This document shows, piece after piece, positions 9,092-18,485 of a stretch of 64,000 bases of DNA. Each line of letters starts with the position of its first letter. Position 1 is the first letter of the stretch. The stretch comes from Gemmatimonadota bacterium. GTDB taxonomy: Bacteria > Gemmatimonadota > Gemmatimonadetes > Gemmatimonadales > Gemmatimonadaceae. The stretch is taken from the NCBI GenBank assembly GCA_040389905.1, contig JAZJZK010000015.1, positions 32,001 to 96,000 on the forward strand, read 5' to 3'. The position numbers and the translations under genes were made by a program. Under the pieces are notes generated by a model. That model was given only the letters and a program-made list of their open reading frames with translations. It was not told where the DNA came from and made no database searches.

Positions 9092-10195
9092 CTAGCGTTT
9101 CACGTATGTCTTGCTGAATCCGTTCCTCGCGTTGGTCACAGTAAACGTCCCATTCTCCTGCGCCGAGATCTTGATCCCATAGGCAGGGCTGTGCGTCGGG
9201 TTGCCGGCGCCGCCCGCCCGGCCCTGCGTCAAGATTTTCGCGATCTGCGGCAGCGAATCCACGTTGGCGATGAACATGCCCGCGCTGTTGTGCTCAACGC
9301 CGCCGGCGTACGACCAGTGAATCGTCCAGATGTCCTCGAGTCCCGGCGAGCGGCGGATGGTCTCGAAAGACGTTGGCGCTCCCCCTTTGCGCGTACCGTT
9401 CTGCATCACCGCGACGCGAGGGCGCACCGAATGCACCAGCGCGGGCGAACCTGACTGATCGAGCCCATGGTGCGTGACCATATAGAGGTCCACGGTGCCG
9501 ACTTGATTCTTCGGACAGACGAGATCGAGCTCGTTGTTCCAGAGCAGATCGCCGAGGTCGATGGCGCGAAAGCGGCCGAAGGTGATGACGCTGCCGACGG
9601 ACTGCCCATTATCGTCGGGTGAGGCAGGATCGGGTTTCCGCTGTGTCTCGGCGCAGGTCGCGGCATTGGCCTGCCCGCCACCGGTGAGCGGTGTCGTGAT
9701 CGCCTTGCCCGCCGACGTAACGATACGCCAGTCGAGCCCCTTCACCGGCACGCGATCACCGGGCTTCAACACGGTGTGCTTCGCGTTCGCGTAGAGCCCC
9801 GCGTACGTCTCCGCAAAGCCGGCAACCTGGTCACGTGGCTCGACGTTGGGGCCGTGGTCCATGAAATGGGCGACGGGAATCCGCTTCACGAACTCCGCCA
9901 TGCCGCCGACGTGATCGGTGTGATAGTGGGTGCTGATGAGGTAGTCGACCTTCGTGACGCCCGCCGACGCGAACATCGCGAGAATTCGATCGAGATCGCG
10001 CGCGCCGGGATTGCCCGTGTCGATCAGGACAGTCTCGCCGGACGGGGACACGTAGAGCGTGGCTTTCCCGCCCTCGGTGTCGGCAATGTAGATGTCGAGT
10101 GATTTGACGGCGGGCTTCGCCTGGCTGGACGCCGTGTTCGAGACGCCGGCGAAGGCCGCGACAAGGGCGGCGAGGATGTTTCGTGTGATGCGCAT
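9092..10195 (-). CDS. Secreted metallo-beta-lactamase-fold hydrolase (ComEC/Rec2-like)
   Basis: Signal peptide; LIDTG, THYHTDHVGG, GDL, HHG. Confidence 0.85.
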   Translation of the reverse strand: MRITRNILAALVAAFAGVSNTASSQAKPAVKSLDIYIADTEGGKATLYVSPSGETVLIDTGNPGARDLDRILAMFASAGVTKVDYLISTHYHTDHVGGMAEFVKRIPVAHFMDHGPNVEPRDQVAGFAETYAGLYANAKHTVLKPGDRVPVKGLDWRIVTSAGKAITTPLTGGGQANAATCAETQRKPDPASPDDNGQSVGSVITFGRFRAIDLGDLLWNNELDLVCPKNQVGTVDLYMVTHHGLDQSGSPALVHSVRPRVAVMQNGTRKGGAPTSFETIRRSPGLEDIWTIHWSYAGGVEHNSAGMFIANVDSLPQIAKILTQGRAGGAGNPTHSPAYGIKISAQENGTFTVTNARNGFSKTYVKR

Positions 10196-10279
10196 GCGTG
10201 CAAGCTCCAGTCGTACGTCGGCGGTGGTGCGGCGGAGGAAACTTCCGCCGGACAACCTGCAACGCAGACGCGCGCTGCG

Positions 10280-11089
10280 CTATGACGCGCCGAACAAGCG
10301 GCTGAGCGGCGCGAGAAGGTTTGCCATGGGACCGGCGTCGCTAGTTGGCGGTTCGGCGGCGGGTTCGGCACCACTGGCGAGGAGTTTCATCTTCGGCGCA
10401 GACAACGCCGCTTTGGGCGCGCCCGCCGGCAGCGCGCCCTGCGAAACGGCCACTCGCGCGATTCGTCCAGGCGTCGCGACGGCGTGCCAGCTCGCAAGGA
10501 GTGCGGGCTGATGCTGCGCCTCGTTGCGAACGAGTACACCGAGTACGCGAACGATGGACTTCGCGTCGCGGAGTCGATGGTCAATTCCACTGAGAGCACC
10601 GGCTGCGTGCAATCGCTCCGCCTCGCGGTCGTCATGGGACTTCAGCATCGCGTCAGCCGCCTCGCGGAGTTGCGCGGCGAAATCCTTGCGGATCCCTGCG
10701 GCAATGAACTCGGACGTGTGTGCTTCAGCCACTTCCGCCAAGCCCTTGGCGATGGAGGCGAGTCTCAGCGGGTGCGGATTTCCCCGCGGCATCTGGAACA
10801 CGCGAACCCCTGGGTCGCGCATCAGGACTGATTGCGCGACGGCCACGAGATGCGCCATGTGGTTCTGCACCAGTTGCCTGCGCAGCTCCTGATACCGCTG
10901 GGTCTCGGCTCGCCTGGCGGTCTTGGTACCTTCGTGCGCGATGGCATGCTCATTCAGCATGTCGATGAGTTCATCCAATCGCCGTCGCGCGACATTCGAA
11001 TTGACGCCGGGCAGTTCATCGGCGTGTTGATCGAGAAATAATGCGATGAAGCGGAGCCTCGCGAGCCGTTTCGCCTTGTTTGAGCGCAT
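10280..11089 (-). CDS. Hypothetical alpha-helical protein
   Basis: 269-aa ORF, GAGGA before ATG, amphipathic helical composition. Confidence 0.65.
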   Translation of the reverse strand: MRSNKAKRLARLRFIALFLDQHADELPGVNSNVARRRLDELIDMLNEHAIAHEGTKTARRAETQRYQELRRQLVQNHMAHLVAVAQSVLMRDPGVRVFQMPRGNPHPLRLASIAKGLAEVAEAHTSEFIAAGIRKDFAAQLREAADAMLKSHDDREAERLHAAGALSGIDHRLRDAKSIVRVLGVLVRNEAQHQPALLASWHAVATPGRIARVAVSQGALPAGAPKAALSAPKMKLLASGAEPAAEPPTSDAGPMANLLAPLSRLFGAS

Positions 11090-11676
11090 CGTGTCCTCTA
11101 TCGAATCGGAAGACAGGAGACAAATGGGATGCGGCGTCGCATCTGTGGTTCGGCGCAGAGAATCAGTTCGGCGACAACACGTACGATGGGCGCGCGTCGG
11201 AGTTTCGGCGCAAGGAGCGCCGGAATCGTTGACGCGACGGCGGTGCCAGCCAAAGGTGCGGCTAAACGGTAAAACGTCGCGGCTGGCGTGTCGAGGGGCA
11301 AAGAGGATCGGGTGATGGTTCAGGGCGTGCCACTCGGCGACTCCCGAGGCCGGCGCTGGGATTCCCGGAACGAGGGGTATGATCGGCCGAACGGGCTACG
11401 CATGCCGGCGCACCGCAGGGTGGCATGTTGGTGCGGCACGGGGGCACTCGTGAACGGCTCGTGGGACGTTTCGCACGGGGAGCCGCTCAAGGGGACTGGT
11501 AGAGGGCGTTTGACGTCTGGCCACGGGCCAAGCGAAACCAACGAACGCTGCTATGGAACCAATGTGGCGCGCTGGTGGTCCGAGGAGCGTCGCGCAGGTT
11601 CGGCTATTGGCGCAGCCGGGACCAAGGCTATCCTTTTGATCGGCTCAAACCACCGGCGCTGAGACAGGCGGTCAAC

Positions 11677-12744
11677 ATGCAACGAATGCTCCTCGCGCTG
11701 CTGATGCTACAGGGTGCGGCGCAGCCGGCCCATCCGCCCATCCAGTCAGCCCGGATCGTCGCATTGCTCGAGGGCGCCCGCATCGCCGTCATCAACTCCG
11801 CAGAAGGCACCACGCTGGCAGAGCGTTCGCTCGGCGATACAACAGTATGGAAGAGCGGGCATTCGCTCGGAATCAGTCCGGCCGGCAATCAGGTCTTCGT
11901 TGCGCTCACGTCGCGCTCACAGAAAGAGACGGCGATCATCCGGTTCGATTTGACGGACTACACCGTTCATCAGATTGCGGTCGTCGCCGATCAGTTCGAA
12001 TACCCGTGGCTCGTCGTGGGGCAGAGAACGGGACGTCTGTATCTCACGTCCGACTGGGGTTTTCGCGTGGCCACCGTGGATCCGAAGAAGCCGTCAGAAG
12101 TCGTTCGATACGCTTCAGGCCGAGATACCATTGGATACGGACCGGCGATGTGGTTTGACATCTCGGCGAACGAGGACCGGATGTACGCGAGTTATCACGG
12201 CAACGGACTCCGGGGCAACGGCGGCTTGGACTGGATCGATATCCGGGGCGATTCTCTCTCGATTTGCAGCGAATCACGCCTCCAGAGCGAAAAGCGCGGG
12301 ACCAGTTGCTCGAACCCGCATGGGAGGATGATTCCGTATCGGGATGGGTTCGTCGCCACGACGGGCGGTCGGCTTCACGTCTACAACGCCAAAGGCGAGA
12401 CGATCGCCAAGCACGTGACTGGACTCGGTGACGACCGAAATCATGGGATGGAGTTCGCGCTCGACACCGTGGCTGCGGTGGCATATCCGATTGGGTCGTG
12501 CCGGCGCCCGAATCAGGGCGGCGTCACGCGAGTCGATCTGAAGAATCCGCTGGACTCGACATCGTCCTACCGGGAGCTCGCCGCCACCGTGTGTGGAGAA
12601 CGCGTCGTCGTTTCGCTGGACAGGACGACGTTGGCGATCGCGTCAGGTACCGGTATCACGCTGATGGGCGCCGAAAGTGGAAACGTTGGTCGCAAGTTGA
12701 CGACGAGTGCGCGAGTGGTCGATCTGGCGTTCGTTCGAGACTGA
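11677..12744 (+). CDS. Secreted beta-propeller-like protein, paralog 1
   Basis: Signal peptide; YncE-like strands; long shared blocks with next gene. Confidence 0.7.
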   Translation: MQRMLLALLMLQGAAQPAHPPIQSARIVALLEGARIAVINSAEGTTLAERSLGDTTVWKSGHSLGISPAGNQVFVALTSRSQKETAIIRFDLTDYTVHQIAVVADQFEYPWLVVGQRTGRLYLTSDWGFRVATVDPKKPSEVVRYASGRDTIGYGPAMWFDISANEDRMYASYHGNGLRGNGGLDWIDIRGDSLSICSESRLQSEKRGTSCSNPHGRMIPYRDGFVATTGGRLHVYNAKGETIAKHVTGLGDDRNHGMEFALDTVAAVAYPIGSCRRPNQGGVTRVDLKNPLDSTSSYRELAATVCGERVVVSLDRTTLAIASGTGITLMGAESGNVGRKLTTSARVVDLAFVRD

Positions 12745-12769
12745 ATCCTCGTTCAGGGAGACTGAGCAC

Positions 12770-13867
12770 ATGAAGCAGATGTTCCTCGCGCTGCTGCTCC
12801 TTCCCGTTGTGGCGCAACCGCCATCGCGGCGTGTCGCGTCACCTCGAATTGTCGCGCTGCTCGAGGGCGCCCGCATTGCCGTCATCAATTCCGCCGACGG
12901 CAGTACGCTGGCCGAGCGCTCGCTGGGGGACACTTCGCGATGGACGAGCGGGTGGACCCTCGGGGTCAGTCCATCGGGTGCCAACGTGTTCGTCGCTCTT
13001 GTCGCCCGCTCAGAAAAAGAGACCGCGGTCGTCCGTTTCGACCTGACGGACTATTCCGTTCATCAGGTTGCCGTCCTCGCCGACTCGATCGCGTATCCCT
13101 TCCTTGCCGTCGGGCAGAGGAGCGGACGCGTATTTCTCGGCTCAGAGTGGGGATTCCGCATCGCGATCGTCGACCCGCGCACGCCAGCCAACATCGTTCG
13201 GTACGCGTCCGGCCGCGATACAATGGCCTTTGGGCCGGCGTTCTGGTTCGACGTCTCGGCGTCAGAGGCGCGGATCTACACCAGCTATCACGGGGGTGGT
13301 AATCCAACGGTGGAGGGTGGCTTCCGCGGGGGAGCAGGCGTCGACTGGATCGATATCAGCAAGTCTCCGTTCGAGCCGTGCAAGGGCAGTAAAATGCAGC
13401 TCGTGGGTACTCGTTTCCCAACGACGGTGGGTTTCGGATGCGGATCCGCGCATGGCCGCATGGTGCCGTACGGTGATGGCTTCGTCGCAGCGTCGGGAGG
13501 ACCGATGCTTCACGTCTATGATTCGGCCACAGTCGAAATCGGATCGTTCAGAATCGGGCTCGGCCCGCGCAATCATGTGATGGAATTCGCCGTGGACTCG
13601 GTGAAGCGGGTCGCCTATCCGATCGGTCCATGCGAAGGCGCGGGTGGAGTAAATCGGGTGGCGATCTCGAATCCGGCAAACGCCGAAACGGCGTTCGCGC
13701 CACTCTCAACGGTGTGCGGCGAGCGAATCGTCCTCTCGCAGGACAGGCGGACGGCGGCAGTTTCGTCGCGTGACGGCTTCGCGCTGTTCGATATCGAGAC
13801 CGGAACGACTGACCGCAGGGTGAAGCTGAGCGCAGGAATTCGGGATCTGGCGTTCGTTCGGGACTGA
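12770..13867 (+). CDS. Secreted beta-propeller-like protein, paralog 2
   Basis: Shares RIVALLEGARIAVINSA, LAERSLGDT, RFDLTDY, VRYASGRDT, TVCGER, DLAFVRD with paralog 1. Confidence 0.7.
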   Translation: MKQMFLALLLLPVVAQPPSRRVASPRIVALLEGARIAVINSADGSTLAERSLGDTSRWTSGWTLGVSPSGANVFVALVARSEKETAVVRFDLTDYSVHQVAVLADSIAYPFLAVGQRSGRVFLGSEWGFRIAIVDPRTPANIVRYASGRDTMAFGPAFWFDVSASEARIYTSYHGGGNPTVEGGFRGGAGVDWIDISKSPFEPCKGSKMQLVGTRFPTTVGFGCGSAHGRMVPYGDGFVAASGGPMLHVYDSATVEIGSFRIGLGPRNHVMEFAVDSVKRVAYPIGPCEGAGGVNRVAISNPANAETAFAPLSTVCGERIVLSQDRRTAAVSSRDGFALFDIETGTTDRRVKLSAGIRDLAFVRD

Positions 13868-13969
13868 TTCGGCACCACAAAACGCTGCAAAACACTTCCG
13901 GCGGCCGATGTCTTGGCCGTTTTAGTGCGACACGTATGTTGCCGAAGACTCACCACTCGGACGTCGGCC

Positions 13970-16900
13970 ATGCGTATTCGCCTCAAGCTCGACCAACTCG
14001 AACTCCTGCTCTCCCGAAGCCAGATCAGCCAGAACCATTGGGCGATCCGGTTGGGGTTGTCGAAAGGTCATCTGTCCAGCCTGCTGGCTGGGAAGTATCC
14101 GTATCCGTCGGCGCGCACGCGCGAGCGGATGCTCGAGACGCTCGGCGTTCCATTCGATGCGTTGTTTACGATCGAGCCTGGCCATGAACTGCCCGAGTTC
14201 GCCATGCAGCGCGAACTGGCCGACCACTACCTGATCGACAAGCAGATCGGGCAGGGCGGGATGGGAACAGTCTGGCTCGCCCGCGACATTCGGCTCGGCC
14301 GCTCGGTGGCGATCAAGATCGTGAACGACGAGGCCGTCAGCAGCGTCGGCGCGGGGGCGTTGCTCAAGGAGATCATCCAGACGAATCGCCTTCAGCATCC
14401 CAACGTGCTGTCGGTATTCGATGCGGGCGAAGCGAACGGATCGCCCTACTATGTCATGCCGTACGTGCGCGGAGGGTCGCTCCGCGATCGGCTCAAACGC
14501 GACGAGCGCATCCCGGTGGGGAAGGTGCTGTCGATTCTCAGCGGCCTCGCTGGCGCACTCGATCACGCGCACACACTCGGCGTGCTCCACTGCGACGTCA
14601 AACCAGCGAACGTGTTGTTGGCCGACGATCACGCGTACCTGATCGATTTCGGAATCGGCCGCGTCATCCACAGCGAAGTCTGGCAGGGCAAGCCGCGCGG
14701 CGAATACGACGCGGGCGCCGGCACTCCCGCGTATGTGTCCCCCGAGCAGGCGAGCGGCGAGCCGAATCTCGATCCGCGGACCGACGTTTACAGTCTGGCC
14801 TGCATGACCTACGAAATGCTCGCGGGCAAGCAGCCATTCGAAGGCGAGACAACTCTCGCAACCGTCGCGAAACGTTTCACCGAAGCGCCGCCGATGCTCC
14901 ACGAGGCAGCGCCATATTTGCCGCGTGAGTTGTCGGATGCGATCTGCCGGGGCATGGCAGTCGACCGCAATCAACGGACCCAGACGGCGGGCGCATTCCT
15001 GCGCGACTGCCAGCGCGCCGTTGCGATGGCGGGAAGCGTTGTGGGCGTACCGGTGGCGCTGCGCGCAGTGCCAGTGCACTCACACGCGCACCTCGCCGAG
15101 CGGGCAGTCGATACGACGATGCAGAACTTTCGTCTCGCACTGCGGAGCATTCGTCGCGCACCGGCGATGGCGGCCGCGATTGCATTGACGCTCGGACTCG
15201 GCATCGGCGTCAACGCGGTCATGTTCGGCATGATCGACCGGCTGTTCTTTCGCGCACCGGCGCACGTTGTCGCCCCGGATGAGGTTCGGCGCGTTTTCAT
15301 TCGGACGTCGTTTCTGGGAAAGAACGTCGCGCGCAGTTCCCTCAGCTTTCCGGATCTCGAGGACGTTCGAAAGGTCACGTCGCTTCGTTCCGCCGCGGGC
15401 TACTTCCCGACTCGCCTCGGTTTCGATCGCGGTCGCAATGCGATCTCCATTGCCGCGGTGATGACGACGCATGACTTCTTCCCGCTTCTCGGCGTGCGTC
15501 CGCAGCTCGGCCGTTTTTTCGATGCGAGCGAAGACATGCCTGGCGCCAGTGGAGTCGTGGTACTGAGCGATGCATTCTGGAAAGCGCGCTTCAACGGCGA
15601 CAGCGCGGTGCTCGGCAGGGTGGTGCCGGTGGGAAGCGGCTCGTATCAAGTCGTTGGTGTTGCGCCGAGTGGTTTTACGGGGATCGACTTGCAGGCGGTG
15701 GATCTGTTTCTTCCGCTTCGCAGCGCAGCGAACGAGGCCATTCAAGGCGACATCGAGCAGAGTCGCAACATCAGTTGGATACGGGTCATCGCGCGGCTGG
15801 CTCCGGGTGTCAACACGAGCCGCGCGGAATCTGAGACCTTTGCCCGCATCAGCGCCGCGATGGCTTCGCAAGCAGGCGACAATTCACGCCACGATCTCGG
15901 TGTGGCGCTCGCACCGGTGCTCAACGCGCGGGGCCCGCTCGCAACGCTCGATGCGAAGATATCGCTCTGGCTCGGCGCAGTATCGGTGATCCTTCTTATC
16001 ATCACCTGTGCCAACGTCGTGAATCTCCTGCTCGTGCGACACATGCATCGTGAAGGCGAGTTTGCGCTGTGCAGCGCGCTGGGCGCATCGCGACACAGGG
16101 TGCTCGCTCAGCTCGCGGCCGAGTCGATCGTGCTCTCGGTGCTCGCCGCGCTGGTTGGCGTGCTCCTCGCCCAGTGGGCGGGGGCGCTTCTGGCGCGCTT
16201 CCTTCTCCCGGGGGTGCCAGTCGAGTCGTTGATCGCCAATGGCCGTATGATGCTGTTTACGGCGATCGTCGCTCTCGTCGGTGGACTTCTCGCCGGCCTT
16301 ATTCCTGCCTTCGCCACGAGCAAGCCTGACATCGCGGGCGCTCTTAGACTGGGGCGCGGTGGTTCGCACGCGCGCGCGTCGCGCCTGCGTTCGGGGCTAC
16401 TTGTCTTTCAAGCGAGTCTCTCCGTCGTCTTGCTGGTCGGAGGTGGACTGTTCGTCCAGAGCATGAATCGCATGCGGGGCATGGACGCGGGGCTCGATCT
16501 CGACCGGCTGATGATTGCGTCGGTGGACTTGAGTGGGCTGCGGAAAACGCCGCAGGAACTTGCGATCATCCAATCCGAAGCGATGGCACGTATCGAGCGC
16601 ATCCCTGGTGTCGTTTCCGTGACCGGAACAAATGCCGCGCCGTTCGCCACGAACATCGGCATCTCGCTGAGCATTCCGGGGCGCGACTCGCTGCCGAGTG
16701 TGAAGAGCGGTGGGCCGTACATCAATGCGGTCGGTGCGAACTACTTCAGGAATGTCGGGACGCGCATCGTGAAGGGCCGCGCCTTCACGGATGACGACCG
16801 CGCCGGTACTCCGCGTGTCGCGGTGGTCGGTGAAACGATGGCGCGGATGATCTGGCCGAGCGAAAGTGCGTTAGGAAAATGCATGAAGGTCGGCGGGGAT

Positions 16901-17554
16901 TCACTGCCATGCACTGAAGTGGTGGGCGTGGCACAGGATGCGCCGCGCGCGAGCCTGCTCGACCGCGAGAACATGCAGTACTACGTTCCCGCAGCGCAGT
17001 ACCAACCGAACGTACCACACAGTGCGCTCTTCGTGCGGACGAGCGGAGATCCGTCGCGTGTTACGCAAGTGGTGCGACGTGAGCTGCAGTCGATTTCGCC
17101 TGAACTCGCGGTCGCAGAGGTGCGGCCGTTGTGGGAGATGGCGGCGCGCGAGACGCGTCCGTTCAAGCTTGGCGCCACGTTGTTCTCGGTGTTCGGCGCG
17201 CTTGCCATGATCGTCGCGTCGATCGGACTTTATAGCGTATTGTCCTTCTCGGTTGCTCGTCGCACGCGTGAGTTTGGTATTCGTGCGGCGATGGGAGCGA
17301 CGATGCGGGACGTCGTCACGCTGGTGCTTGCAGGGGGAATGCGGCTTGTCGCGATCGGGTTGGTGATCGGGTTCGGGCTCGCGCTGGTGGCTGGGCGTTG
17401 GATTGCGCCGCTGCTGTATCACACGTCGCCGTACAGTCTCTCTGTGTTTGCGTCGGTGGGTGGACTGCTGCTCGTGTCCGCGGTGCTCGCGTGCCTGCTG
17501 CCGGCGTGGAGAGCGACGAAGGTGGTGCCGATGGAGGCGCTGCGGGCAGAGTAG
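13970..17554 (+). CDS. HTH - Ser/Thr kinase - duplicated MacB/FtsX (ADOP-like) permease fusion
   Basis: HTH (SQNHWAIRLGLSKGHLSSLLAG..YPS); kinase GQGGMGTV, VAIK, HCDVKPAN, DFG, GTPAYVSPEQ; permease LTLGLGIGVN, CANVVNLLL, RTREFGIRAAMGA, PAWRATKVVPMEALRAE. Confidence 0.88.
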   Translation: MRIRLKLDQLELLLSRSQISQNHWAIRLGLSKGHLSSLLAGKYPYPSARTRERMLETLGVPFDALFTIEPGHELPEFAMQRELADHYLIDKQIGQGGMGTVWLARDIRLGRSVAIKIVNDEAVSSVGAGALLKEIIQTNRLQHPNVLSVFDAGEANGSPYYVMPYVRGGSLRDRLKRDERIPVGKVLSILSGLAGALDHAHTLGVLHCDVKPANVLLADDHAYLIDFGIGRVIHSEVWQGKPRGEYDAGAGTPAYVSPEQASGEPNLDPRTDVYSLACMTYEMLAGKQPFEGETTLATVAKRFTEAPPMLHEAAPYLPRELSDAICRGMAVDRNQRTQTAGAFLRDCQRAVAMAGSVVGVPVALRAVPVHSHAHLAERAVDTTMQNFRLALRSIRRAPAMAAAIALTLGLGIGVNAVMFGMIDRLFFRAPAHVVAPDEVRRVFIRTSFLGKNVARSSLSFPDLEDVRKVTSLRSAAGYFPTRLGFDRGRNAISIAAVMTTHDFFPLLGVRPQLGRFFDASEDMPGASGVVVLSDAFWKARFNGDSAVLGRVVPVGSGSYQVVGVAPSGFTGIDLQAVDLFLPLRSAANEAIQGDIEQSRNISWIRVIARLAPGVNTSRAESETFARISAAMASQAGDNSRHDLGVALAPVLNARGPLATLDAKISLWLGAVSVILLIITCANVVNLLLVRHMHREGEFALCSALGASRHRVLAQLAAESIVLSVLAALVGVLLAQWAGALLARFLLPGVPVESLIANGRMMLFTAIVALVGGLLAGLIPAFATSKPDIAGALRLGRGGSHARASRLRSGLLVFQASLSVVLLVGGGLFVQSMNRMRGMDAGLDLDRLMIASVDLSGLRKTPQELAIIQSEAMARIERIPGVVSVTGTNAAPFATNIGISLSIPGRDSLPSVKSGGPYINAVGANYFRNVGTRIVKGRAFTDDDRAGTPRVAVVGETMARMIWPSESALGKCMKVGGDSLPCTEVVGVAQDAPRASLLDRENMQYYVPAAQYQPNVPHSALFVRTSGDPSRVTQVVRRELQSISPELAVAEVRPLWEMAARETRPFKLGATLFSVFGALAMIVASIGLYSVLSFSVARRTREFGIRAAMGATMRDVVTLVLAGGMRLVAIGLVIGFGLALVAGRWIAPLLYHTSPYSLSVFASVGGLLLVSAVLACLLPAWRATKVVPMEALRAE

Positions 17555-17836
17555 AACAAGCGGCTATCGCGACTGCGCCGTCTGTTCCGCCAACACTGTG
17601 CGGAATACTTCGACGGCTCTTTTCATCTCAGGCATCGTCCCGAAAAATGTGCGGATGAAGGCGCGCGCTTCACGGTTCTTTCGCTGCTCGTCGGCAATGT
17701 GCTGCTTGTCGGTAATGGCCCACTTGGCAGCGACCAGCGCCAAGCAGGTAGCCGGCGCGAAGGCCGGCCATGCCGAACACCTTCGAGAACGTCCGCTCGA
17801 ATGGCTGGCGTCAGCGATCATTGAAAGTGTTCGGCC

Positions 17837-17900
17837 GCATAACGCTCGGGTGCAGCGGCGGGCCCCGTAGCGGGCCGTCCGCTACAACCCGTTGTTAGCC
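17837..17900 (-). other. Integron attC site (64 bp)
   Basis: Minus strand GGCTAAC-AACGG-GTTGTAGC-24 nt-GCTGCAC-CCGAGC-GTTATGC: R'', 5 nt, L'' with extra base, L', 6 nt, R'; R'' overlaps TAA of upstream gene. Confidence 0.85.
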
Positions 17901-18455
17901 GCGCATGCGCCGGTAGTGCATAGCGACTGCGCCGTTGCGGAGCGGCGTCGACGAAACCAGCTCGAGCCGTCGCGTGCTGGGTAGCCCGCTCTGGTACAGC
18001 GTCGGTCCGTGACCGGCGATCCTTGGGTGGACGAGGAACTTGTACTCATCGATCAGATCCAGCCGGTCCAGCTCGGCCGCGAGCGTGCCGCTCCCGAGGA
18101 GCACGCCGGCAGGGGTCGCATCCTTAAGTCTCTGCACGCTCGAGCGCACGTCGCCGGGGATGTGGTGGCTGTTGGTCCACGGGAAGTTCGTTCGCGTCGA
18201 TGACACCACATACTTCGGCTTGGCCTCCAGCTTGACGGCCCAGTCGCGCATCGCCGGCGGCGCCTCCTCGTGGCCGCGAGCGACCGCCGGCCAGTAGCCC
18301 TCCATCATCTCGTAGGTGACGCGGCCCCACAACATCGCCCCGCTCTCGTCCATCAGGCGGGTGAAGAACGCGTGTGTCTCGTCGTCGGCGATTCCCTCCT
18401 GGTGGTCGACGCAGCCGTCCAGGGTGACATTGAGGCTGAAGGTAAGACGTCCCAT
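17895..18455 (-). CDS. Dihydrofolate reductase-like / RibD C-terminal domain protein (cassette gene)
   Basis: NVTLDGC, LWGRVTYEMM..YWP, PKYVVSST, GSGTLA, LIDEY..VHP..G.G. Confidence 0.88.
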   Translation of the reverse strand: MGRLTFSLNVTLDGCVDHQEGIADDETHAFFTRLMDESGAMLWGRVTYEMMEGYWPAVARGHEEAPPAMRDWAVKLEAKPKYVVSSTRTNFPWTNSHHIPGDVRSSVQRLKDATPAGVLLGSGTLAAELDRLDLIDEYKFLVHPRIAGHGPTLYQSGLPSTRRLELVSSTPLRNGAVAMHYRRMRG

Positions 18456-18485
18456 GCGAGTCGACTCCGAGTTGGACGCTCCGCG

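Noticed and set aside
9092..10195. Beta-lactamase resistance gene
   Set aside because: ComEC/Rec2-like motif layout; fold alone does not imply resistance
17564..17821. 85-aa ORF after the attC as an intact cassette gene
   Set aside because: No recognisable motif and no following attC; at most a remnant
17895..18455. Trimethoprim resistance dfr cassette
   Set aside because: Motifs fit the RibD_C/DHFR-like family, not DfrA or DfrB
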